A stretch of 32,000 bases of DNA from Vibrio vulnificus CMCP6 (GTDB taxonomy: Bacteria; Pseudomonadota; Gammaproteobacteria; Enterobacterales; Vibrionaceae), in NCBI RefSeq assembly GCF_000039765.1, contig NC_004459.3, positions 2,301,127 to 2,333,126 of the forward strand, given 5' to 3'. The translations under genes were made by a program, and so were the position numbers. Shown here one piece after another: positions 17,203-26,123 of this stretch. Below the pieces are notes generated by a model that worked only from the letters and a program-made list of their open reading frames with translations, did no database searches and was not told the DNA's origin. Numbering within the stretch: the stretch's first letter is position 1; each line of letters starts with the position of its first letter.

Positions 17203-18978
17203 TTAGCTGGCTTGTTCCAGTTCTTGCTCCTCCTGCTGTTCAATTTCCTTGATATGCTGGCCTGCTTGTTGCAACTGGTACATCTGTGCGTAGCGCCCTT
17301 GCTGGGCAAGCAGTTGTTTGTGACTGCCCATTTCAACCAAATCTCCGTGGTGTAAAACCACAATTTTGTCGGCCTCCATAATGGTGGAAAGGCGGTGTGC
17401 AATCACCACTAGCGTCATATCATGGCGTAGGGCATTCAAACTGCGCTGTATCAGCGCCTCAGTCCCTGAATCGATGTTTGCCGTCGCTTCGTCGAGGATT
17501 AAAATTTTCGGCTTAGCGATAAGCACTCGGGCCATGGCCAACAACTGTTTTTGTCCAGCAGAGAGGTTGGTTTCTCCTTGGCCCAGTTGGGTGTCCAGCA
17601 ATTGAGGGTAGCGTTTGATCTGCTCAGCCAAACCTACTTGTTCTAAAGATTGCCAAATGATGTCGTCTGAGACTTCTCTTCCCAAGGCAATATTTTCTCT
17701 GACCGAGGTTGGCAGAATATGTGGATCTTGTTGAACCATCGCCACGTCTTTTCGCAGCACCGATTTTGCCAATGAAGCAATAGGGCGTCCATCCAGTTTC
17801 AGTTTGCCTTGGCTTACTGGGTAAAAGCCCATCAATAGCGAAGCGAGGGTACTTTTTCCGCTACCCGTGTGGCCGACCAAAGCGACGAACTGCTGGTGTT
17901 CCACGTCAATGTCGATCTTTTTCAATACCTGCTGCTTACCATCGTAGCTAAAGCTCAGTTGCTCTATGGCGATGGAACCACTTTTAAGTGGCTGCTGATC
18001 ATGACCATAGCTTTGCTCCGGTGCATCCATCATTTCAAAAATACGCTCGCTGGCCACTAAAGCTTGTTGCAGTAGCGCTAGCTGTTGCGTCATTTCAATT
18101 AATGGTTCGGTAATACGGCCAAGGTAGCTGATAAACGCGTACAGTACACCAACACCAATGAGCTCGGTACCACTGAAACCAAAAATGGCAACGAGGGTGA
18201 GTAAAGCGATGCCCGCCAATAAATCCATCAAGGGTCGAAGTAAAATACCATTCAGCTTGATGACTTTACGACCCGCTTTGAAATGCTGCTCAGTCAGTTG
18301 ATTAAACTGCTGGTTGAAGCGTTTTTCTTGGCGCATCAGTTGGATCACGCTCATCCCTTGGATCGATTCGCTCATATTGCCATTGATGTCAGTGAGCAAA
18401 TCACGCATAACGCGATAGGCGTGAGTGCTCAACTTTTGGAACAAGGCCATAAAAGCCACCACCACAGGCAAGAGAATCAGTACAACTAAGGTCAGTTGCC
18501 AGCTTAAGATCAACATCACTCCCAGCATGACTAAAATCATCACAAGATTCTTAACCACCGACGCAATAAGAAGCTCGTAGAACTGCTGCAGAGATTCCGT
18601 GTCGTTGGTGAGTCTTGAGACCAGCTTGCCAGTAGGGGTGTAATCGAAAGCCGACAAAGGTTGCTTGATCACACGATTAAATGCCTGCTTGCGAATGGTT
18701 TTAATGATGCCTGTCGCGACAATGTTAAATTGCAAACCTTGGAGATATTGAAACAAAGCTGAGCAAAGCAGCAGGCCAATATAGCCACTAGCAAGTAAGA
18801 TAAGTGTCTGTTGAGTGTAATCGTCTTTGGTAATGTGCTCGTCAATAAAGTGTTGGATGAGCCAAGGGCCACCCGCATTGCTGACAGCCGCAATCAACAA
18901 AAAGACTAAACCCGTTATCATGGGTTTTGGTTGCGCCAATGGATAAGCAAATAAACGTTTCAACGTGGTCTTTTTCAT
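17203..18978 (-). CDS. ABC transporter permease/ATP-binding protein, MdlB-like half of a heterodimeric exporter
   Basis: Walker A GHTGSGKST, signature LSAGQ, Walker B ILILDEAT. Start MKKTTLKRLFAYPL overlaps the upstream stop (TAATG). Confidence 0.88.
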   Translation of the reverse strand: MKKTTLKRLFAYPLAQPKPMITGLVFLLIAAVSNAGGPWLIQHFIDEHITKDDYTQQTLILLASGYIGLLLCSALFQYLQGLQFNIVATGIIKTIRKQAFNRVIKQPLSAFDYTPTGKLVSRLTNDTESLQQFYELLIASVVKNLVMILVMLGVMLILSWQLTLVVLILLPVVVAFMALFQKLSTHAYRVMRDLLTDINGNMSESIQGMSVIQLMRQEKRFNQQFNQLTEQHFKAGRKVIKLNGILLRPLMDLLAGIALLTLVAIFGFSGTELIGVGVLYAFISYLGRITEPLIEMTQQLALLQQALVASERIFEMMDAPEQSYGHDQQPLKSGSIAIEQLSFSYDGKQQVLKKIDIDVEHQQFVALVGHTGSGKSTLASLLMGFYPVSQGKLKLDGRPIASLAKSVLRKDVAMVQQDPHILPTSVRENIALGREVSDDIIWQSLEQVGLAEQIKRYPQLLDTQLGQGETNLSAGQKQLLAMARVLIAKPKILILDEATANIDSGTEALIQRSLNALRHDMTLVVIAHRLSTIMEADKIVVLHHGDLVEMGSHKQLLAQQGRYAQMYQLQQAGQHIKEIEQQEEQELEQAS

Positions 18979-20723
18979 TAGTTTGCCTCCTCCATTGCTT
19001 GTTCGAGTTGTTGATATTGATACATTTCTGCATACCAACCTTGTGCGCCAATTAAACTGGCATGATTTCCGCGCTCGGCAATGTGCCCGTGATTAAACAC
19101 CACAATTTCATTGGCTTGCTCTAACGCTGTCAGTCGGTGGGCAATCACAATCAATGATTGGTGGCGATAGTACTGCTCAAGGTTACGCAAAATTTCGTGC
19201 TCGGTTCGTCCGTCCACTGCTGAAAGGGCATCGTCGAGAATAAGAATTTCTGCGTTGAGCAACATCGCTCGGGCAATGGCAATTCGCTGTTTTTGCCCGC
19301 CGGATAACGTAATCCCTTTCTCTCCGACTTCGGTGTCGTAGCCGTCTGGGAATTTCAAAATGTCATCGTGAATACAGGCCAATTTGGCCGCTTGATACAC
19401 CTCTTGTTGGCTTGCGTCCGGCCTTCCTAACGCGATGTTGTCATAGATAGAGCACGAAAACAGAAAGGGTGTTTGACTCACAACGGCAAATTTCTCGCGC
19501 CACTGCTCAAGGTTTGCTTGTTTGAGCGAGATATCACCGTAGCGAATATCGCCCTGTTTCAGCTCTTGTTGACGAAGCAGCAAGGCAATCAAGGTTGATT
19601 TACCGCTGCCAACGGGCCCCGCGATACCAAGCATTGCGCCTGGCTGCAAGGTAATGTGGCACTGAGAAAGTGCGGCAGGTAAGTCCGCATTCCAGTGATA
19701 GTGGTCAATCTCGATCGCAAGTGGCTGAGCATTTTGTGTTAATGGCAAATCCCCACTTTTAATTTCTGGCTCTTGTTGGAAAATTTCCTCGAGACGATTC
19801 CACGCAGCGGATCCACGTTCAAGAATGTTGAATAGGAAAGCAAACGCCAGCATTGGCCAAATCATCAAGCCTAAATACATCGTAAAGGCAGTGAGATCGC
19901 CCAATGTGATCGCTTTCTGATGAACGAGATAGGCTCCAACGCTGATGCTTAAGAAAAAGGAAAGCCCGATAGAGAGTTGAATGGCTGGGTCAAATCGTGC
20001 GTCCACCCGCGCGACCGCAATGTTCTTGTCACCCGTTTCATCGACCATTTTCTCAAAGCGTGCTTGTTCTTGCTCTTCCAAGCCAAAGGCGCGCAACATT
20101 CTCACACCATTGAGAGACTCTTGAGTCAGATCGGAAAGCTCAGAGAACGCCTCTTGAGCGATGCGAAAACGCTGATGCAAAATACGCACAATGTAAAAGA
20201 TGGTGATCGCCAAAAACGGCATTGGCAGCAACGCCATCACCGTCAACTTCCAACTGATTTGTGTCACCATGATGATCAACACCGCAATGCCAGTGATCAG
20301 CGAATCCGCTGCGGTTAACACGCCTTCACCCGCGGTCACGACGACATTTTTTACGTCGTTGGTGCCACGAGCCATGAGATCGCCAGTTTTGTAGCGTTCA
20401 AAAAATCGGGGTGGCTGTTTCGATAAATGTTGGTAGAGACGATTTCGCAAAATGCTGCCAAGCTCAATACTGGCGCCAAATAGCCACACTCGCCACAACA
20501 CTCGGCAGCCATAAATGGCGAACATAATCAGAGTTAAACCGGCAAACCACTGCAGCATTTCAGTGGTGGACATGGTATTGGCAACGATACCGTCAACGAT
20601 GTGACCCACTGCTTTGGGCGTTACCAGTTGCATCGCAGAGATGAGCATAAAAAGCAGAATAGAACCACAATAGTGCTTCCACCTGAGTTTGAAAAACCAC
20701 CTTAAATTCCAGAATATTTTCAC
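18978..20723 (-). CDS. ABC transporter permease/ATP-binding protein, MdlA-like half with a non-canonical catalytic residue (Asp for Glu)
   Basis: Walker A GPVGSGKST, LSGGQKQR, Walker B ILILDDALSAVDGRTE. Confidence 0.88.
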   Translation of the reverse strand: MKIFWNLRWFFKLRWKHYCGSILLFMLISAMQLVTPKAVGHIVDGIVANTMSTTEMLQWFAGLTLIMFAIYGCRVLWRVWLFGASIELGSILRNRLYQHLSKQPPRFFERYKTGDLMARGTNDVKNVVVTAGEGVLTAADSLITGIAVLIIMVTQISWKLTVMALLPMPFLAITIFYIVRILHQRFRIAQEAFSELSDLTQESLNGVRMLRAFGLEEQEQARFEKMVDETGDKNIAVARVDARFDPAIQLSIGLSFFLSISVGAYLVHQKAITLGDLTAFTMYLGLMIWPMLAFAFLFNILERGSAAWNRLEEIFQQEPEIKSGDLPLTQNAQPLAIEIDHYHWNADLPAALSQCHITLQPGAMLGIAGPVGSGKSTLIALLLRQQELKQGDIRYGDISLKQANLEQWREKFAVVSQTPFLFSCSIYDNIALGRPDASQQEVYQAAKLACIHDDILKFPDGYDTEVGEKGITLSGGQKQRIAIARAMLLNAEILILDDALSAVDGRTEHEILRNLEQYYRHQSLIVIAHRLTALEQANEIVVFNHGHIAERGNHASLIGAQGWYAEMYQYQQLEQAMEEAN

Positions 20724-21101
20724 TTAAGCCTCCTGCACTGATTGTGACGTCTCTTGAACTAAACGAAGGAGAAACACGTTGCGAAGAGAGCGCTTCACGT
20801 TATGTCGAGGCGTGAGCCTCATGTTACCTCAAACGTTGTAAAGAGAGTTTGTTGCTCGTTGTATGAGAGTGATACTGCTTTCTCATCGCGGAGTTTTGTT
20901 ATGTTGAATAGTAAAGACCCGACGAGATGCGATTTGAGATCGTGTGTGGTATTGACACCTAGGTGACAAATACGAGTTACCGGACGACATAAGCATGCAA
21001 GTGAGCGCTCAACGTCTGGTATGAGAGAGAAAAAGCCTATCGGGAATGTTCAATTATTCGTCGTCTGAATAGAATTACAAGATGATTTTTTGAACTCTTG
21101 A

Positions 21102-21126
21102 AAAAACGGCACAAAGTAGTGCCGCG
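21102..21126 (-). terminator. Intrinsic terminator-like hairpin on the minus strand
   Basis: Minus strand reads CGGCAC-TACTTT-GTGCCG-TTTTTT. Confidence 0.65.
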
Positions 21127-21208
21127 AGCGTTATCCAGCGATGAAGTTCATCATTTTTAACCATTGGAGGAGAAGATGTTGGTGGATCGTCATATTTTGA
21201 TTAATCGA

Positions 21209-21242
21209 CAAAAAACAGCAACCGAAGTTGCTGTTTTTTAAC
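21209..21242. terminator. Bidirectional intrinsic terminator, UUCG-type loop on the minus strand, downstream of the AGCS symporter
   Basis: AAAAAACAGCAAC-CGAA-GTTGCTGTTTTTT. The minus strand loop is C(UUCG)G. Confidence 0.85.
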
Positions 21243-21257
21243 GAGAGTATCCGACAG

Positions 21258-22805
21258 TTACGCTTGTGTCGGTTCTTCGATATTTTGCTGCTGTACTTTG
21301 TAGACTTTGCCTGCTTGTAGGCGCGCTAGATAATCTTTCATATCGCGTTTAACTTCAGGAACAAGAATGTATAGGCCAACAATGTTCACCAATGCCATGG
21401 CGAAGATCATCGCATCAGAGAAGTCGATGACTGGGCCTAGGTTCATGGCAGAGCCAATCACGACAAACATGCAGAATTTAATTTTGAAAATCAGCTCTGC
21501 AGTCTTGCTTTCACCGAATAGGTAAGTCCAGGCTTTCAAGCCGTAGTATGACCATGAAATCATCGTTGAAAACGCGAACAGCACCACTGCGATCGCTAGG
21601 ATGTATGGGAACCAGCTAATGGCACTGCCGAAAGCGGCAGACGTCAGTTCAACACCCGCGAGACCAGAGCCGTTATCCAAGTAACCAGTAATGATGATCA
21701 CTAAGGCGGTCATAGTACAAATCACGACGGTATCGATGAAGGGTTCAAGGAGCGAAACAAAACCTTCAGACATCGGCTCTTTGGTTTTTACTGCCGCGTG
21801 TGCGATGGCCGCTGAGCCTACACCTGCTTCATTCGAGAATGCCGCACGTTTAAAGCCCTGAATCAATACACCAATCACACCGCCAGTGATGCCTTCGCCA
21901 GTAAAGGCGCCATTGAAAATCGCCGCGAATGCGTCGTCAATGCGGTCAAAGTTCATCGCGATAATGATCAATGCGGTACCAACGTAGATACCCGCCATAA
22001 ATGGCACCACTTTCTCGGTCACTTTTGCGATCGATTTAATACCACCGATGATCACGACGCCGACGATGGCGGCGAGGATCAAACCAAATAGCCAACCTTT
22101 GTCAGCAAGGAATGAAGATGCTCCGCCCGTCACTTCTACCACTTGCTTAAACGCTTGGTTGGCTTGGAACATGTTACCGCCCCCCAAAGCACCACCAATG
22201 GCGAATACGGAGAAGAGTACTGCAAGAGTTCGACCAAACGCTGCGTTACCGCGATCGGCGAGACCTTTGCTGAGGTAGTACATAGGACCACCCGACACTG
22301 AGCCGTCTGGGTTGGTATTGCGGTATTTCACGCCCAGTGCACATTCAACAAACTTACTCGACATGCCAAGTAGGCCTGCCAGGATCATCCAGAATGTGGC
22401 GCCTGCACCCCCGATAGAGACCGCGACGGCAACACCGGCAATGTTACCAAGGCCAACCGTACCGGAAAGGGCGGTGGTTAAGGCTTGAAAGTGAGAAACT
22501 TCACCTTGGTCTTTGGCTTTAGGATCAGAGTATTTGCCCGAAACCAGATCAATCGCGTGTTTAAAACCGCGTACGTTAATGAAGCCGAGATAAAAAGTGA
22601 AAAACGTCGCAGCAACGACGAGCCACAATACAATCCAAGGAACCTGTACGTCAGAAAAAGGGAATGGAATGGTCGAGAAGATCATTCCAACAAAGGGGTT
22701 GACGATAGGTGCCACGACCTCGTTGATTTTTTCATCCAAGCCGGCTGCTGAAGCGTTGAACGCCACAGTACTGCCTAACATGGCCAGCATTACATTTTTT
22801 ACCAT
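21258..22805 (-). CDS. Alanine/glycine:cation symporter family protein (AGCS)
   Basis: [56 protein letters not shown]. Confidence 0.92.
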   Translation of the reverse strand: MVKNVMLAMLGSTVAFNASAAGLDEKINEVVAPIVNPFVGMIFSTIPFPFSDVQVPWIVLWLVVAATFFTFYLGFINVRGFKHAIDLVSGKYSDPKAKDQGEVSHFQALTTALSGTVGLGNIAGVAVAVSIGGAGATFWMILAGLLGMSSKFVECALGVKYRNTNPDGSVSGGPMYYLSKGLADRGNAAFGRTLAVLFSVFAIGGALGGGNMFQANQAFKQVVEVTGGASSFLADKGWLFGLILAAIVGVVIIGGIKSIAKVTEKVVPFMAGIYVGTALIIIAMNFDRIDDAFAAIFNGAFTGEGITGGVIGVLIQGFKRAAFSNEAGVGSAAIAHAAVKTKEPMSEGFVSLLEPFIDTVVICTMTALVIIITGYLDNGSGLAGVELTSAAFGSAISWFPYILAIAVVLFAFSTMISWSYYGLKAWTYLFGESKTAELIFKIKFCMFVVIGSAMNLGPVIDFSDAMIFAMALVNIVGLYILVPEVKRDMKDYLARLQAGKVYKVQQQNIEEPTQA

Positions 22806-23019
22806 TGTGTATCCTGTCTGTTCTTTAATAGAAACGAATAATTATTATCTGATGTTGTGTTGTTACCTTTTTGTAACATTGTGCATTATTCTGAGTGGTA
22901 ACAATTTTGCAACACATATTGATAGTTTTATGATCTACCCGTCACTACGTGATGTTCGTCGAAAAAATGCTTGATCCAAAGTGATTAGTTTGTATTTAGA
23001 CAGGCAATCAAAGTCAAAG

Positions 23020-23118
23020 ATGCGATTGCCCAACGCCTTGTTATTGTGGGTCGGCGTGCTGGCAATTCTGTGTGTCGACTTTTTCTTTGGTGTTTTTGTT
23101 ACCAACGATAAGATCTAA
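23020..23118 (+). CDS. Candidate small single-pass membrane protein (32 aa)
   Basis: MRLPNALLLWVGVLAILCVDFFFGVFVTNDKI: hydrophobic core with an N-terminal Arg. Weak SD, not on the supplied ORF track. Confidence 0.3.
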   Translation: MRLPNALLLWVGVLAILCVDFFFGVFVTNDKI

Positions 23119-23181
23119 AAATCGGATGTATTCAACGATTTACATCATCCCTCCTCGCATTCTTCGCTCGCGCTCGGTAAT

Positions 23182-23274
23182 ATGCCTCTGAGTTTGCAAT
23201 GTCTCATTGGTGCGACGAATGCTTTGGCGTTGTTACTTATTTGGGTGATCAATGTCGATTATTTGAAATATTAA
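23182..23274 (+). CDS. Candidate small hydrophobic protein (30 aa)
   Basis: MPLSLQCLIGATNALALLLIWVINVDYLKY: hydrophobic core, weak SD. Confidence 0.2.
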   Translation: MPLSLQCLIGATNALALLLIWVINVDYLKY

Positions 23275-23286
23275 TTTGACAACTTC

Positions 23287-23314
23287 TTGACAGTGCTGGT
23301 GTCAAATTTATGTA
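23287..23314 (+). promoter_or_regulatory. Putative sigma70 promoter for the exopolysaccharide operon, overlapping a TTGACA/TGTCAA inverted repeat
   Basis: TTGACA-N16-TATGTA about 100 bp upstream of ATG 23418. TTGACA-gtgctgg-TGTCAA repeat overlaps the spacer. Confidence 0.4.
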
Positions 23315-23417
23315 CATTGCGACCGTTTTTTCTCATCCAAACAATCATTCGTATCAATATCGACTTGTGTTTTTTAACAAGGTCTATGTGTTTCAAGGTT
23401 GTAGATAGGTTCTCGTA

Positions 23418-24833
23418 ATGACTTCAAATAAAGCACTAAAGTTTGCCGATGATGGATACGCTACTTTATTGAAAATAGCCGACTTCCTTCTCATCAACTT
23501 TTCACTCTTCATTTTCATTGCTTTGCTCGGGGAAGAGGAAACCGCCATTGATGTCACTGCAGGATTTATCTTTTCGATTATCTTTCTGCTTGGCGGTGAA
23601 TATCTGGGCCTCTATTCGCAATCTCGCATACGCAGAGTGCGTGCATCACTGGCCAGACTGTGCGCTGTAATATTCCTGTCTGCTTTTATGATGGTGTTTG
23701 TGCGATTTGGTTTTTTGGGACTAAAAGGCATTTCCATCACAAACCTTAATCCAACACTGTTGAACTACTGGTATGTACTGGTGTTGGCTTTCTTGAGCCT
23801 TTTCCGAGTTTCTATCATTTCCGTTGTGCGAGCGGTTATTAAGCTGGCTAATCGTAAAAAACGCATTGCGATCATTGGCCTTACGCCAGCGGGATTGGCG
23901 ATTTCCCAATCATTAGTGCGAGACTACAACGAAAATGATATTGAGCTGGCGTTTTATGATGACAGAGAGGAAGAGCGCTTTGGGTATTTAACGCAGGCAC
24001 CGTACAAGGGCAAAGTTGACGTTGCGTTAGAGCTTGCTCGAGAACGCAAACTGGATGAAGTGTACATAGCGTTGCCCATGGTAGCCAAAGATCGCATCCG
24101 CAACTATCTCAATGCATTATCTGACAGCACCGTGGATACGTATCTGGTGCCAGATCTTTATACCTATAACTTGTCGGTTTCTAAGGTGAAATCGGTAGGT
24201 GGAGTGCAAACCTTCAGCGTCTTTGCCTCGCCTTTTGATGGGGTGGGGGCGTTTTTCAAACGCGTCGAAGACCTTGTCATTGGCTCGCTGATCACCCTTT
24301 TGATCTTGCCTGTACTGGTTGCGGTTGCCGTTGGTGTGAAGCTTAGCTCTCCTGGCCCGGTACTGTTTAAGCAAGACCGCTATGGCCTTGGTGGCAAGAA
24401 AATCAAAGTGTGGAAGTTTCGTTCAATGCGCGTGATGGAAAACGATGCGGTCGTGACGCAAGCCACCAAGAATGACCCGCGCGTGACCAAATTTGGCGCT
24501 TTTATCCGCCGAACCTCACTAGACGAACTGCCGCAGTTTATCAACGTACTGCAAGGCTCGATGTCGATTGTTGGGCCTCGACCACACGCGGTTGCTCACA
24601 ATGAAGAATATCGAGTGTTGGTCGATAACTACATGATCAGACACAAAATTAAGCCTGGCATTACGGGGTGGGCGCAAATCAATGGATACCGTGGCGAAAC
24701 CGAAACGGTCGATAAAATGGAAAAGCGAATCCAATACGATATTCAGTACATGCAAAACTGGAGTCTATGGTTGGATATCAAAATTATTTTCATGACGGTA
24801 TTCAAAGGCTTTGTTAGTGAGACAGCTTACTAG
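23418..24833 (+). CDS. Undecaprenyl-phosphate glucose phosphotransferase (WcaJ/CpsA-like priming transferase)
   Basis: Polyprenyl transferase C-terminus: SPGPVLFKQDRYGLGGKKIKVWKFRSM, RRTSLDELPQFINVLQGSMSIVGPRPHAVAHNEEY, GITGWAQINGYRGET. Confidence 0.93.
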   Translation: MTSNKALKFADDGYATLLKIADFLLINFSLFIFIALLGEEETAIDVTAGFIFSIIFLLGGEYLGLYSQSRIRRVRASLARLCAVIFLSAFMMVFVRFGFLGLKGISITNLNPTLLNYWYVLVLAFLSLFRVSIISVVRAVIKLANRKKRIAIIGLTPAGLAISQSLVRDYNENDIELAFYDDREEERFGYLTQAPYKGKVDVALELARERKLDEVYIALPMVAKDRIRNYLNALSDSTVDTYLVPDLYTYNLSVSKVKSVGGVQTFSVFASPFDGVGAFFKRVEDLVIGSLITLLILPVLVAVAVGVKLSSPGPVLFKQDRYGLGGKKIKVWKFRSMRVMENDAVVTQATKNDPRVTKFGAFIRRTSLDELPQFINVLQGSMSIVGPRPHAVAHNEEYRVLVDNYMIRHKIKPGITGWAQINGYRGETETVDKMEKRIQYDIQYMQNWSLWLDIKIIFMTVFKGFVSETAY

Positions 24834-26109
24834 TGCCATCTTCGGGTTGCTCGTTTGTTTGCCAGTTAATGCAGAGCTAACCCCGAAGTCGCATATCGGC
24901 ATTGCGGGCATCGATTTTCAGTCACAGCTCGCTGCGAGCTACGGCTCAAATGACAATGTGACGTATCAAACAGATGATCAGCAGGCGCAGCAATCTGACT
25001 ATGTTCAATTAGCGCCTTACCTTCAGGCGATTGGTGTTCGAGGGGAAGATCGTTATCTGTTGGCTTACAGCGGAGAATACCGCCAATACGCCGATTCGCC
25101 AGCTGATGATTATGCACGGCATTTTCTGCAGTTCGAAGGAGCATGGCGTTTTGGCCAAAAACACGGGCTAACATGGAACATCGCGCAAACCTACGATCAA
25201 GAAGAGCGGGGTGATGAACTCACGCAAGGGTTTAGCGAAAGTCAGTTTGAACAATACGGATTTTCTCAGCATGGTCTGAGAAATAGCATGTTTGATACCC
25301 GTTTGCGCTACAGCTATGGCGCATTACAAGGTCGCGGCAAGTTGGAAGTGATGTTGCAAAGCAAGCAGCTCAGCTTTCGTGATACCGACGATATTGCCAA
25401 AGCCAATGCGAATTTTCTCCGTTACGTTGAAGAGCAGCAGTGGCGTGAAGACAGCTTAGTGGTGGATTTGTTTGACCAAGTGAGCAGTCATAGCCGCTTT
25501 CGTTATAGCTTCATCACCAATCAACGACATTATGAAGAAAACGAGAGAAAAAACAGCAATGAGTACTACTTGCTGTTTGGCGTAAAAACCGAATTGACCG
25601 GCAAAACGACCTTGGAAGCGGAGACAGCATTGCTGCAAAAAAGCTTCCCGAACAACGGTGAAGCTGAGACGTTTCGAGGGGTTAACTGGGATGTGGAAGC
25701 CAATTGGCGACCAGTGAAACATTCAACGTTTACTTTGTATACATGGCAACGCGTCAAAGATCCGAGTGAAGAAGGGGGCTACATCCTCAATAGTCACTAC
25801 GGCGTTGCTTGGCAGCATCAATGGTGGGTGAAACGTCTGTCATCGCGAATCGAGTATGGCTATGAAGCGGAAGATTATCGTATGGCCAACAATGACCGCC
25901 GAGATGAAACGCAGATCGTCAAAGTATCTTTGGGTTACGACTTTAGACCATCGGTTCGTCTCGAGATGAATTATCAGTGGAATGGAATGGACTCGAACGA
26001 AGAGGTTGACCGTTTCAACATTGGTAGCAACGGGTCAAGTGAGTGGGTTGAGCGCCAATTAGGATACGACCAGTCATTCATCGAATTGCAATTGAAGTTG
26101 CAGATATAA
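24811..26109 (+). CDS. Outer-membrane beta-barrel protein of the exopolysaccharide locus (VpsM/CpsB-like)
   Basis: Signal peptide (LTSAIFGLLVCLPVNA) and many alternating-residue strands ending in IELQLKLQI. Starts at TTG 24811 or GTG 24817, overlapping the preceding gene. Confidence 0.75.
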   Translation: MLVRQLTSAIFGLLVCLPVNAELTPKSHIGIAGIDFQSQLAASYGSNDNVTYQTDDQQAQQSDYVQLAPYLQAIGVRGEDRYLLAYSGEYRQYADSPADDYARHFLQFEGAWRFGQKHGLTWNIAQTYDQEERGDELTQGFSESQFEQYGFSQHGLRNSMFDTRLRYSYGALQGRGKLEVMLQSKQLSFRDTDDIAKANANFLRYVEEQQWREDSLVVDLFDQVSSHSRFRYSFITNQRHYEENERKNSNEYYLLFGVKTELTGKTTLEAETALLQKSFPNNGEAETFRGVNWDVEANWRPVKHSTFTLYTWQRVKDPSEEGGYILNSHYGVAWQHQWWVKRLSSRIEYGYEAEDYRMANNDRRDETQIVKVSLGYDFRPSVRLEMNYQWNGMDSNEEVDRFNIGSNGSSEWVERQLGYDQSFIELQLKLQI

Positions 26110-26123
26110 AAAGGTTTGGAAAA

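Noticed and set aside
18979-19038. Longer N-terminus of the MdlB-like protein (ORF track start at 19038)
   Set aside because: The first 20 residues overlap the upstream gene in another frame. MKKTTLKRLFAYPL at 18978, overlapping the stop as TAATG, is the natural start.
22597-22974. 125-aa plus-strand ORF over the start of the AGCS symporter
   Set aside because: Mostly antisense to the symporter; the non-overlapping end is AT-rich spacer without protein-like character.
22806-22980. Glycine riboswitch ahead of the AGCS symporter, as known for some Vibrio transporters
   Set aside because: I looked on the minus strand for the conserved glycine aptamer cores and saw none. A covariance-model scan would be decisive.
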